DNA of 64,000 nucleotides from Phaeosaccion multiseriatum (lineage: Eukaryota > Protista > Ochrophyta, other classes), in the NCBI GenBank assembly GCA_965112735.1, contig OZ218951.1, forward strand, positions 5,766,001 to 5,830,000. Direction: 5' to 3'. The notes under the pieces were generated by a model. It did not search any database. It was given only the letters and a program-made list of their open reading frames with translations, and was not told the origin of the DNA. The translations under genes were made by a program, and so were the position numbers. Below, piece after piece: positions 12,589 to 27,153 of the stretch. The first letter of the stretch is position 1, and each line of letters starts with the position of its first letter.

Positions 12589-14103
12589 TCAGCCCTCGGT
12601 GGCGAGTCTATTAACGTCTAGCCGGAGCCCCTTGAGGCGCGTGCCGAGGGCGTCCAGTGCCATCCCCTGCCTCTCGCAGCGCTCGCTCTCCACACGCACG
12701 AAGCGGCTGTAGGGCCCAATCTGCACCAAGATGTGCTCGCGGACCTGGAAGAGAGAGAGAGAGAGTGTGTGTGTGTGTGTGTGCATGTGAGAGTGCACCG
12801 AATGATGGATAGAGAGACAAGCGAGAGAGAGGCAGAGAAATGCCTGACTTCCCTCCCCTTCCCCATCCAGTGCCATCCCTCCATCTCACCTTGTGCAGCT
12901 CCCTGTCGAGGTGTGCCGCGAGGCTTTTGTCGAGCTGCCCTTGCACCTTCTTCACACTCACCTGTAGCACCGCACAGCCAGGCATATGGGCAGGCAGGCA
13001 GGCATACAGGCACAGAGAAGCACGTGATCATCATCAGCAGCAGCGGCACAAGGAGGAAGACCACCCACCGATTGTGAATCTCTCTCCTCCCGTCCTCCCA
13101 ACCCCTGCCGCGAGCAATGGTCACAGCCGGTGAGGCAAGGCAAGGCCATTGGAGTGAAGCTCTGAGGGAAGGGGATATCCACCCACCATACATATGGATA
13201 AGATACCCACCCACCCACGCACCCACTCACACATGCACCCACGCACCCACGCACGCACGCACCCACTTACCTGGAAAGCCTTCTTGAGCCTCAGCCTCTG
13301 CAGCGGCAGCCATAGGACGCCCCCCAGGGCCATGCTTCCGGCGGCAATGGCTCCACCGGTGGGGTCTAGGAGGTGTGCAGCTGCCAGCCCGCCCGTGAAG
13401 CCGGCACCCAAGTTCAGTGCTGCGGCCTGTGGAGAGGGTGGAAGGAGGAGGAGGAGGAGGAGGAGGAGGAGGAGGAGGAGGAGGAGGAGGAGGAGGAGGA
13501 GGGGGGGGGGAAGGATGGGCGTAAGGGGTGGAACCAGACACGTCAGAAGCACCCCCGGCTGCAGCGGGGAGAAACACGTACACAACAGGGAGAGGAGGTC
13601 AGTTTCTCTCTCTCTCGCCCTTACGGCTCCACTCTCCCGTGTTTGCCCATACGCCTTCTGTCTGTACGCACCTGCACGACGGACGCGTGCACCCCCTGGG
13701 CCAGGCTGGAGACATCCCTCTGCTGCTGCGAGGCCGCCATCACGTTTGAGACAGAGCGGCCAAGCTTGGACAAGAGGTTCTGACGCACGCCCTCTGGGCA
13801 TTTGGAAGTAGAGGCGTATGGGTTAGGTACACAGGGTAGAGTTTTCTGGGCAGAGCGGATGGCGGGGGGGCGGGGAGGGTAGTTTGCGCTTCCTTTGCTT
13901 CTTTCTTCCCCTCCTTCTAAGATGAAATAACATCTTCCGTCCCGTCCGCCCGTCCTTCTTCTCTAAGTTATGAGAACTTGTACAGGCGTGAAAGAGTGTG
14001 CTTACTTATGCTTACTTACCGAAATGGCTGTCGTGCACTCTGTTGGTGTCCACAATCGGCCGACGCACATCCTCCCCCCCCTCCCCTCCAGCACCATCCT
14101 GTC

Positions 14104-14142
<39 letters not shown>

Positions 14143-16395
14143 TCCTCTCCACGAAGTCGAGCACCGCCAGCGACTGATTCCTTGCCCTGCTCGCAACAAG
14201 GTCACTGAGATCAAGCAATACAGCCTCTACTTCTGCAGTGAGTGTGCCCACCACCTCGTGCCGAAACGCCTTCTGAAACGCATCTCCATCGAGCATCTGG
14301 CGGATTTTGGCAACTCCGAAGGACACGTTCGCCTCGAGGAAGTCGTCGGCTCTTGAGCTCATGTCTGCTTAGCGAGAGACAAGAGAGGCAAGGAGGGGGG
14401 GGGGGTAGGAAGAGAGGGAGGGAGGGAGGGAGGGAGGGAGGGAGGGAGGGAGGGACAACGGAATTGGTTTGATCGGTTTTGCTGGCTCAGTGGAGGGGGG
14501 GGAGAGGAGGCGAGGAGGAGGAGGAGGAGCGAATAATCACCCACCCCCATCCCACCAGCCCCATCAGCAACCATCAGCAACCATCCCAACCATCAGCAAC
14601 CATCAGCAACCATCAGCAACCATCCCAACCATCAGCAACCATCAGCAACCATCCCAACCATCAGCAACCATCAGCAACCATCCCAACCATCAGCAAACCA
14701 TCAGTAACCATCAGCAACCATCCCAACTTCGCAACCCACCTGAAAACACCTTCTCCACTGCGAGCCTCTCGTATCTCACATCCCTGCCCATGTCCCCCAT
14801 GAAGGCGTCCATTTGCTCCCCGATTAGCCTCAGCGTCACCTCGTCCCCCCTCAACGCCGCCCGCCGCTGCCTCACACCCCCCTGGGCCAGTGTCAGGACC
14901 TCGTCGGCGACCCCGAGGGGGTTGAGCAGCTTAGATCGGATGCGCTCCTCCCTACCGAGCAAGAGCCTCACGTGCTCCTCAAGGGCTGCGAAGTGTGACT
15001 CCTCCCATTGGTGCGCACCGGGGCCTGTGGGATTGTGGGGGGTGGGTGGGTGGGTGGAAGGGAGGGAGGGAGGGAGGGAGGGAGGGAGGGAGGGAGGGAG
15101 GGAGGGAGGGGAGGGAGGGAGGGAGGGAGGGAGGGAGGGAGGGAGGGAGGGAGGGAGGGAGGGAGGGAGGGAGGGAGGGAGGGAGGGAGGGAGGGAGGGA
15201 GGGAGGGAGGGAGGGAGGGAGGGAGGGAGGGAGGGAGGGAGGGAGGGAGGGAGGGAGGGAGGGAGGGAGGGAGGGAGGGAGGGAGGGAGGAGCGGAGGGA
15301 GGGCAGGGTCAGAGTTAGACGCAGGGAGGGAGGGTGGGAGGGAGGGAAGGAGGGAGGAAGGGGTGGAGGTACACTGACGACGGGCATACGTAAGAAAAGA
15401 TAAGGCGTGATACCTTTGGAGGGGTCGAGCTTGGGCTTGGCGTAGAGCTTGGCGTCCAGGGCAAGGCGGGAGGACACGCTGAACACTGTGGGGGCCGCCT
15501 GGACGCGCACACGTACACACACACGCACGTACACACACACACGCAGAGACAGAAAGAGAGAGAAAGAGAGAGAGTGAATAAATGTGAAAAAGCGCGGAAG
15601 GGAACAGGGGGACAGACCGAGAGAAGAGAAACAGGGGCAGAGAGAGAGACCGAGGCGGGCGTACATCAGACGTGACCCCTTACGTAAATCTAAGGCAAAG
15701 CTTACGTACGTACCCCTAGGAGGTGCTCCCCATTGGTCCTGACGAACTGCTCGACCTGCTGGGCCTCTTTCTTGTCGAGGATGTCGACTTTGTTCACCAC
15801 TAGCACGATCTTCTTGTGCCAGCGGCTGATGCGCTCCATGAAGCCCCTAAGGACAACGGAATGAAAAGGGCAGGGCAGGGCAGGGTAGGTCAGAGGGAGG
15901 AGTGCAGAGGCGATCAGGTAGGGCGGGAGGGAAGGGAGGGAGGGTACATGTAGGGAGGGAAGGCGAGCAGGCCGGGGGTGTCATGGTTAGGGTGGTGTGA
16001 TAGTTGCTTGCTTAGCGAAGGTGACTCCCCAACCCGTCTGGGCGTTTGAGGCCTGAGGCACACGGAGCAGTGGAGAGATGGGGGGAGGAAGGAAGGAAGG
16101 AAGGAAGGAACGTTCGCCGGGCACGCACCCACACACGCACGCACACACCTCTCGCTCTCCGAAAAGGGTCTGTCTGCGCTGGTGAGGAAGACGACGACGT
16201 CTGCGCGTGGGATGATGCGACGCGTGAGCTTCTCGTGCTCCAGGACTACGGCATTCGTGCCCGGCGTGTCCACGAGGGCCACTTGCTGCAGCCACGGGAC
16301 GGGCAGACGCACCTCCTCCACTAAGCACATACAGATGGACAGACAGACGGACGGGGGTGGGGCAGAGAGTGAGAGGGAGGGTTGAGAAAAAGACT

Positions 16396-16449
<54 letters not shown>

Positions 16450-17664
16450 TAAACAGAGAGAGAGACAGAGAGGCGAGCCTGGGCGACTGTGACAAAGAGC
16501 CTTACGAGGAGGCGTACGTGAGTCTACGTACCGTCCGGCAGGTGCCTCCCCGTGGGGTCCACGTAGGGTTTCCGCTTCAGCTCTTCTCCGTGGCGCAGAA
16601 CGGCGATCTTGTCCGTGGTGGGCAGCACCCTACGGCAGGGAGAGAGGGAGGGAGGCATATGGGCAGGAGAGGGAAGAGGAGAAAAAGTTCTGCACTTTAG
16701 AGAAGTAGCCCACACACGCACGCACACGCGTCTGCACGCACCCGTCCTTAAGCCACTTGTCACCCAGCAGGGCATTGAGAAAGGTGCTCTTTCCCGCGTT
16801 CCACTCGCCGCACACGCAGATCATGAAGCTCTCGTCCAGCTTAGTGTACACACAGGTACAGAGCGAGATTTTGGTGGAGGGGAGGGGAGGGGAGGATGAT
16901 TACATGCATGCACTTGGGAAGAAAGTGTGAAATGCGATCCTCAGGGAGGGCGGCTTTGGGGCTAACGCACGTCTGAACTGTCTGAACCGTCTGAACCGGG
17001 ACATCGGGAGGGGTGGGTACAAAAATGATTACAAGTTGCATGCGTTTAAGGTGCACCCCAAGCGGCTAGCACGCATCTCCCAGCTCTTTAAATATACCTG
17101 TGCAATGGTCTCCCGTAGAATGGCGAGATGCTGCTGCCCCCCTTCTGCCTCTTCTCCTTCTCTCCCTCCTCCTGTGACTGGCGCTGGGGCCACACTGTCC
17201 TGCCCGTAGCCCACCCCGTGCTGCTCGGCCTCAACAAGTTGGTCGTACAGATCGAGGAGACACGCCTTCTCTTGCGCCAGAAGCTGCCGCTGCTCCTCTG
17301 TCAGGAGGTTGCTGAAGGAGGTGGAATCGGTGCTGCTGCTGTTAACCCCCTCTTCCTCCCTCCCCTCTCCTCTCCCCTTCTCTTCCCCTGTTTCTTTGTG
17401 AGAGCTGCTTCCAAAGCTCCGGCCACTGCCTCCACTGCGACTGCCACTCCTCTCTTCTAATCCTCTCCACTGCCTCCTGTGATGCACCACTCCTGCCGTC
17501 AATACCCGTCTATCAAAGGTGGGGCGATTGGCGACTCTATCGAAGGTGGAGAAGGCGATTCTTTCCTGAGCCGCCCTCCCCTTGCAAAACACACTCGGCC
17601 TGCTCCTCTTGACGCACCCATGCCACCTCCCGTTGCCCCTCGCTGTTGCTGCGGCCCTCCACAT
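12589..17664 (-). CDS. Dynamin-family GTPase, FZL/bacterial dynamin-like (mitofusin-related), multi-exon
   Basis: Spliced exons give G1 ICVCGEWNAGKSTFLNALLG, G2 GVLPTTDKI, G3 LVDTPGTN, RADVVVFLTSADRPFSESER and G4 LVVNKVDILD, followed by helical regions and a C-terminal hydrophobic hairpin (GFTGGLAAAHLL...LGGVLWLP). ATG 17664 with an Arg-rich presequence. Confidence 0.85.
14563..14727. repeat. Intronic minisatellite (CATCAGCAAC/CATCCCAAC units)
   Basis: Interleaved 9-10-bp tandem units. Confidence 0.9.
15061..15290. repeat. Intronic (GGGA)n microsatellite
   Basis: About 230 bp of GGGA; source of spurious EGGR/PPSL ORFs. Confidence 0.95.
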
Positions 17665-17958
17665 TTCTGCGCGCCAAGGCAAAGCCCGACCCAAGTTCAA
17701 ACTTTTTTGAGGGGAAGGAAGAAGGGAAAGGCAACAATTGGGGTTCCACAAACTTAAATTTTTGCAAATTTCCACTCACGCACACGACTGCCCAAAACTA
17801 CTTTCGAGAGAGAGAGAAAACGCGAGGTGCTTTCCTATACCCCACGGGTCTCGTCCTTGTTTTCGGGGTGAAGTGCTTCCCCCCTCGTTTCTCAGCATAG
17901 TCTTGTTGCTCTGGGTTTCACCGAAAAAACCGCCTCCCCTTGGAGTTCCGTCCCCCAA

Positions 17959-20775
<2,817 letters not shown>

Positions 20776-20822
20776 GCTGGGGGGAAGGCATCTATTTGCC
20801 CCAGCCGCAAGATAAACTGTCG

Positions 20823-20860
<38 letters not shown>

Positions 20861-21991
20861 AAGTGTGTACGGCCCTCTGTTCTTCCTGCCTGTTTGATTG
20901 GCTGGCTGATTGGCTGGCTGCCTGGCGCGGCGCAGAACGAAGGCCATGTGGGACGAGCGAAGGGCGCAAGCGAGAAGGGGTTAGTGTTAATGGGAAGCGT
21001 ACGGGGCAAGGGAGTGGGATAAGTCAGTGGGTGTAGCCTGGAGGAGGGAGACGGGAGGGTAGTGGGTAGCGAGAGCATCACAGCGGGCAAGACTCAAGTG
21101 AGGGTTACGTAATTACGGGGATGTTCATAGCAAGTATTAGGTACGAGTACTGTAAGTCAAAAGAGAAAAGAAGAAAAAACGAAACCGAAAAAACCCGTGC
21201 GCTTCTTGACTTCCATCGTCGTACAGGTTTAGGTGTCAATACCAATGGCTGGCAAGCTTGCTGAGTGAGCAAGTGAGCAAGCGCTCTGCTTCCTTGCTGC
21301 CGCTCTACCGCTCTGGCAGACGGGACGGGTGGGGGAGCACGATGACGTTTCATGATGTCGTTTCGGGCGTTTCGGCCCTCCCCTCCGACTGCTTCGGTGT
21401 GCAGAGAAGCAAAGGTGGCCGGAGACAGCGGAGACAGCGGAAACCGCCGTCTTGCCCATCCCTCTTTGACTCTCATCGGATAGCGCAGGGAGGTGTGAGG
21501 TGCGAAAGTGCGGCCCTTTCCACACGATGTAATGTAATGAAATGTATCCACGTTTCTTGATAACCCCCCCCCCTAATAAAAATATGTATGTATACTCCAT
21601 TCCTTGCTCACTCTCTGTCTGTACACTGCTGAGCATCTCCCCTGAGTGGGTCGTCACACCTCTTCTCACCCCCACTACAACAAAAAAAATAAAACCGTAA
21701 CCGTAAAGCTATACATGTACAATCCAAAAACCAAAGACAACCGAGAGACTCCTCCTCTCCGCCCCCCTTGCCGGCTTGCCCCTCTCCCCCTCCCTCCCTG
21801 AAGCCCCTGAGAAAAGGTCAGGGCCGATGAAGAGAAGCAGGCTTTGCTTTGCTTTGCCCCTGCCCCGGTCCTTGCCCTATGCAAGAGGAAGACCACGGGA
21901 GAGCAACGCCACACCCAGACCACGGAAACGTAGACCGCCGGGTGCCATCCCGATGCCCATCTGCATCGTCGGGTGCCATCCACATTGAGGC

Positions 21992-23995
21992 CTACACCAG
22001 CGCGCCGTCCGTCACAGCCGATCTATCGTCGCTCCCCGCCGACCACGAGCGGTAGTCCCGACGCAGAAACCTGGCGAACTGCGGGACCCCCACGTCCAGC
22101 ACCCTCTGCAGCACAAAGCAGCCCCCCCGGGTGAGCACCCTGGTGGGCAGCCACGACTCCTGCGGAACAAGCACTTCGATGAACATTGACACTTCGCTCG
22201 TGATGAGGCGCTTGCCGGGCTCGCCGGGCACATCAGAACTGGATACCACGTTGGTGCACTCCACTGCTCGGTACAGAGGGTGGAGGAGAGGAGGAGAGGA
22301 GGAGAGGAGGGAGAGGCGTGAGGGTACATTGGCAAAGGAGGCGGGAGAGAGAGAGGAGCGGGCGTACGGTCAGACACGGAAGAGGGGGAGGGGGGGGTCC
22401 ACGGTCAGGGGCCAGCACGGGTACCTTTCTCTCTCTCTCTCTCCGCCACACAATCAGTCCGTCTCTCACGCTGCCATCGCTCTTGGCTTGTACTTGGGCT
22501 CTGCACCAGCCTCGCAACGGCATGGCCTTGGACCATGTGGCTCCTCCCCTGACCCTGACATGTCTGACCCTGACCTCTGACCCTGTCTACTCCCTGTCTA
22601 CTCCCTGTCTCCTCCCTGTCTCCTCCCTGTCTACTCCCTGTCTACTCCCTGTCTCCTCCCTGTCTCCTCCCTGTCTACTCCCTGTCTACTCCCTGTCTCC
22701 TCCCTGTCTACTCCCTGTGTACTCCCTGTCTACTCCCTGTCTACTCCCTGTCTACTCCCTGTCTACTCCCTGTCTACTCCCTGTCTACTCCCTGTCTACT
22801 CCCTGTCTCCTCCCTGTCTCCTCCCTGTCTACTCCCTGTCTACTCCCTGTCTACTCCCTGTCTACTCCCTGTCTACTCCCTGTCTACTCCCTGTCTCCTC
22901 CCTGTCTCCTCCCTGTCTCCTCCCTGTCTCCTCCCTGTCTCCTCCCTGTCTACTCCCTGTCTACTCCCTGTCTACTCCCTGTTTACTCTCGCCTCACCTT
23001 GGATGGTGTTTGTCGCCTTGCGCATGAGCTCGCTGCCTTGCAGCTCCACGGAGGTGACCTTTATGTTGGCTACTGCGTTCTCCTGGTCCACCACCACCTT
23101 CAGGAACACCACGGGGATTACCTTGTTGCCGAAGAAGCTCATCTCCGTCGGGACGAATCTTAAAAGAGGGGGGGGGGGGGGGGTTGAGGAGGAGCGAGGA
23201 GTAATGGGGAGCGGAGGAGTCAAAAAGCTGCAGAGTCTGAAGAGTAGCCCAACTGACGGCCAAGGCGAGGAGGCGGGTACCATCGTGAGAGGGGGTGGTG
23301 GCCAGCGGGGGGGGGGGATCGTGCGGTTTGCACTGCAATGGAGAGGGAAAAGGAGAAGGCTTCTGCAGCCGGGAGAACAGGCAGAGGGGATTTAAAGGGC
23401 AAAGGGAGGAGGCTCAGAGCACCTACCTGAAGCTGTCTTCGCTAATGCGCTCGATCTGGTTCTCGCTGAGCAGGCTGTACTCGCTCGGGGGCAGCCGAAG
23501 GTAGTCCATAAGGCTGCGCCCGCCCTCCTCCACCTTCTTGGACGCCTTCTTCGCGGCTCTCCACTCGCATCTCCGGCCATTCTCAAAGTCGTATGTGTAG
23601 TCGTCGTCCTGCTTCCCTCCCTTCCCATCCACCTCCAATTTAACCTCCTGTGGTATCGCAGCTGTGGACATCAAGGGGGGAGAGGCAGGTAGAAGGGTGG
23701 ATCTCGTGCCCCGAGGAGGCACGGGATGCGTGGGCTGCTGCAGCTTCTGCTTCTGTTGGTGACCCTCCGGCTGCTGCTGCTGCTCAAGTAGCTCAACCTT
23801 CCCTTCCCTGCCCCCCCTCGCACCAGCTCGGCCCTTGAGGTTTAGCCAAAGGTTCAAGTGCACTGGCGTCAACGACACCCACCCTGAGCATCTCTGCACA
23901 GAGCAGCACAGCACCAGCAGCACGAGCCCCCAGCTGCTGCTTGTGCTTCGGCTCCTCCTCCGCCCTCCCTGCTGGAGCCTGGGGGCGGGCAGCAT
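21992..23995 (-). CDS. DUF1997 (SRPBCC-like) family protein, probably plastid-targeted, 3 exons
   Basis: Exons 23995-23427, 23158-22998 and 22263-21992 splice in frame: LMDYLRLPPSEYSLLSENQIERISEDSFR...VLQRVLDVGVPQFARFLRRDYRSWSAG. N-terminal hydrophobic stretch ending CSG-W. Confidence 0.75.
22581..22982. repeat. Intronic 11-bp minisatellite (CCCTGTCTACT/CCCTGTCTCCT)
   Basis: About 36 tandem units inside the DUF1997 intron. Confidence 0.95.
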
Positions 23996-24902
23996 TCTTT
24001 CGGGCCTTGTCGTTCCCTGCCGCCGACGTGGCGTCCTCGGAAGAAGGGGACAGTCTCGCTTCAAGATGTCAAACAAGGGGTTTGCGCTGGCCACAGAGCA
24101 GAGCAAGAGCAGGGATTATTTATGGGTTTATTAAGGGGGGTGGGCGGGGCTGATGTGGTTAGAGATAGCCGGCTCCAATCCAAATTCATTACGTAGAAAT
24201 TACGTAAGGAGGAGTAGGCCCCCCACTCCTCGGCTCCCCGGGCTTCTCTGCCCCCCCCCCCCGATAAGCAAACGCCTGAGGCAGCCTGCGCCGAAAGCAA
24301 CAAGCCCGGGGCTGACCTGCGGCCAGAAGCCTGCATAATCTCCCTCCCCCCCCCCCTGAGCCCCCCTGAAGCCCAGACCGCTGGCCTGCGGCGCAGAAGC
24401 CCGAAGCCTGGAAGGGGCTGTGGCCCAGAAGCCCGGAGCCCGAGAAGCCCTGCGGGGAGCCGAGACTCCCCCACCCCCTTCCCTGGCTCCCACATAATCA
24501 AGTCCAGGCCCGACGTCCCAGGCCCGACGTCCCAGGCCAGTCAGGACGGAGCCACAGAGAGGCGCTCGCTCCGGTGGTTCTTGCTTGGTGAAGCGTGAAA
24601 AGCGTGGAAGAAGGGGGAGGCAAGCAAGAGGCTGTGAGGGGAAAGAGAGGGGATGGGAGGGAGTGCACTCCCGACCCGTTCGTCTGTCCCATGTGTGGTG
24701 TCGAGGTTTCAAGCATGCTGAGGGTGGGCAGGCACCGGCTTCTCTCCTCGCGCTCCGCCTTGCTCTCCCCTTGCGGCGCGTATCGAGCGGCTCCGTCAGT
24801 GGTCTTCTCTCTCTCTTTCCTCGACCCGGCTGATTGGTGCAGCCCACGATGAATGCGCAACTCTTACACCCCGCGGCCATGCACAGAAACAGAGCCTGCA
24901 AG

Positions 24903-25545
24903 TCCCTCTCTCACTGGCCATTGGCGCCATTGCTTCCCCCTCTCTAATTGGCCATTGGCGCCATTGCTTCCCTCTCTCTCATTGGCCATTGGCGCCATCG
25001 CTTCCCTCTCTCTCATTGGCCATTGGCGCCATTGCTTCCCTCTCTCTCATTGGCCATTGGCGGCCGTCGCTTCCCTCTCTCTCATTGGCCATTGGCGGCC
25101 ATCGCTTCCCTCTCTCTCATTGGCCATTGGCGCCATTGCTTCCCTCTCTCTCATTGGCCATTGGCGCCATTGCTTCCCTCTCTCTCATTGGCCATTGGCG
25201 GCCATCGCTTCCCTCTCTCTCATTGGCCATTGGCGCCATCGCTTCCCTCTCTCTCATTGGCCATTCGCGCCATTGCTTCCTTCTCTCTCATTGGCCATTG
25301 GCGGCCGTCGCTTCCCCCTCTCTAATTGGCCATTTGCGTCATTGCTTCCCTCTCTCTCACTGGCCATTGGCACCGTCGCTTCCCTCTCTCTCATTGGCCA
25401 TTGGAAACATCGCTTCTCTCTCTTTGGCCATTGGTTGCCATCGCTTCCGTCTCTCTCATTAGCCATTGGCTTCCCTCTCTCTTTCAATGGCCATTGGCGC
25501 CATCGCTTCCCTCTCTCGCATTCGACATTGGCGGCCGTCGCTCCC
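24903..25545. repeat. 34/35-bp minisatellite array (TTCCCTCTCTCTCATTGGCCATTGGCGCCATTGC)
   Basis: About 18 head-to-tail units without unique spacers, degenerating at the right end. Confidence 0.92.
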
Positions 25546-25823
25546 CTGCCCGACACGACAAGACATGCACGTGAGCATCTGAGAGCAGTGGAGCGACACG
25601 GGATGGGCATGGGTAGAACAAGACCCCCACACTCGCCAGGAGGGGGGTGCGCTCGGGCTTCAGCGCTTCACTTCACAGAGACACGGCCTGTGCTTCGCTT
25701 CACAGAGACAGTGCACGGCCTGTGCCCATGCGCCTGTCCAGCTGAGCTCATAACGCCCTCCCCGCCCCCCCCCCCTCCTCCTTCAAGTCGGAGAGCGTCA
25801 CTCCCGGAGGGCCTGCCCCGGCC

Positions 25824-26906
25824 TCACTGGCCAGTCGATACCTCACACCCCAGTTCCTCGTACACAGCGTCCCAACCGCGCACTGAAGCAAGCACTCCGA
25901 ACTTGGGGTCCGGCGCCGCCCAATTGTGCAGGGCGTGCCCAAAGGCCTCCACTTGCTTGAAGCGGGCGGGGTTCTGGGCCTCCGCTGCCCTCATGTAGTG
26001 AGCGTCGATGTTCCTCCACCAGCCGCCGGCCGGGTTCATAATGTGCTTCTTGAGGAGGCTTGTGTCGTGTTGAAGGTAGTAGGTCTGCATGTGCTCCCAC
26101 ACCTCCTTCCCCATCTGTTCTACAACGCCAAACAAATCAAGCATCCAGGCGATGCACTGGCACGGAGCGCTGACGAGGGCGTGGTAGGAGATTCGTACGA
26201 TGTTTCCACAGTCACTCGCCTCGAAGGTGTCCATCGCTCCCGCGGCTTGCTGAAACTGCGACACGAAGTAGGCCCCCGGGCTCATGGCTTGTATGCTCTT
26301 CCGCTGTTTTTCAAAGGGCTCAAAGCTCGGGTCATGCTTAGGCGGCGCCACGTGCGTAAAGCCGTAGGAGAAATACTGCGATATCAACACGTCCCTCGGG
26401 TCCCGGGCCCACATGATAAACAGGCTTTTCTGCAGCTCGCTGCCGGGAGGCTGACACACCGCAGTGATTTGCTCTGTGGTGAACTCCCTAACAGACCCAG
26501 TGATGCCCCAAGAGTCTTGCAGATCCTCCAGCTTGGTGGACTGCACAACGTCGTTGTAGTGCGGCTGCTTGTGCGTGGGTAGTCCGCCCTGGGCCTCACC
26601 GAAAGTCTCGAGGGTTCGCAACAACTCTTCTGCGAACGTAGACGCTGTCTTATGCGGCACAAGGAGGATAACGTTCTGCACCTCGTTTCGCTGTTTCTCC
26701 TTCCGCTCCTTCTGCAGCACCGGCTCAAACCTCTGCGGCTCTTCCTCGGTCAGAATCTCAATTTCTCTTTGAGTCTGTTCCTTGTCCTCCAGTTTTCGGC
26801 CGTGGTCGGATAATTGCCTCTCGTGCTGGAAGAAGACAAGTAGGAACGCGAAAAGATAGACGCACAGGGCAACGGGGAGTAAGCCCCGCACTACGAGAAG
26901 CCACAT
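25824..26906 (-). CDS. Membrane-anchored (type II) sulfotransferase-fold protein, intronless
   Basis: N-terminal TM helix and stem; 5'-PSB-like motif LVPHKTASTF and 3'-PB motif ARDPRDVLISQYFS. Confidence 0.75.
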   Translation of the reverse strand: MWLLVVRGLLPVALCVYLFAFLLVFFQHERQLSDHGRKLEDKEQTQREIEILTEEEPQRFEPVLQKERKEKQRNEVQNVILLVPHKTASTFAEELLRTLETFGEAQGGLPTHKQPHYNDVVQSTKLEDLQDSWGITGSVREFTTEQITAVCQPPGSELQKSLFIMWARDPRDVLISQYFSYGFTHVAPPKHDPSFEPFEKQRKSIQAMSPGAYFVSQFQQAAGAMDTFEASDCGNIVRISYHALVSAPCQCIAWMLDLFGVVEQMGKEVWEHMQTYYLQHDTSLLKKHIMNPAGGWWRNIDAHYMRAAEAQNPARFKQVEAFGHALHNWAAPDPKFGVLASVRGWDAVYEELGCEVSTGQ

Positions 26907-27100
26907 TTAAGGGGAAAGGGAGGAGGGCCGGTCACAGATGGTAACGTGGATTTGAAGACGAGAACCTCGGGGGCAAAGTTCCTTTCGATATAATATAATG
27001 CAATTCGGTGGCTCTTACGTGCGGGGCTTACTCGGCTGACGCCGGCGGTAGCAGGTAGCACGTCAGGGGTCGATGTAAAATCTATTTGTAACAAATCTAA

Positions 27101-27153
27101 TCTGGGACTGGTCTGGGACTGGTCTGGGACTGGTCCGGGACTGGTCCGGGACT
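27101..27153. repeat. Short 11-bp tandem repeat (TCTGGGACTGG)x5
   Basis: Visible directly; abuts the stop codon of the neighbouring minus-strand gene. Confidence 0.85.

Noticed and set aside
14469-15666. ORFs with EGGR/PPSL/SNHQQP repeats
   Set aside because: Translations of intronic microsatellites within the GTPase gene.
22318-23163. 281-aa ORF with PCLLPVYSLST repeats
   Set aside because: Translation of the intronic 11-bp minisatellite, antisense to DUF1997.
24903-25545. CRISPR-like array of ~35-bp repeats, and the repetitive ORFs 24853-25998, 24948-25325 and 24989-25462
   Set aside because: Units are contiguous with no unique spacers and no cas genes, in a eukaryotic context. The ORFs are by-products of a stop-free minisatellite.
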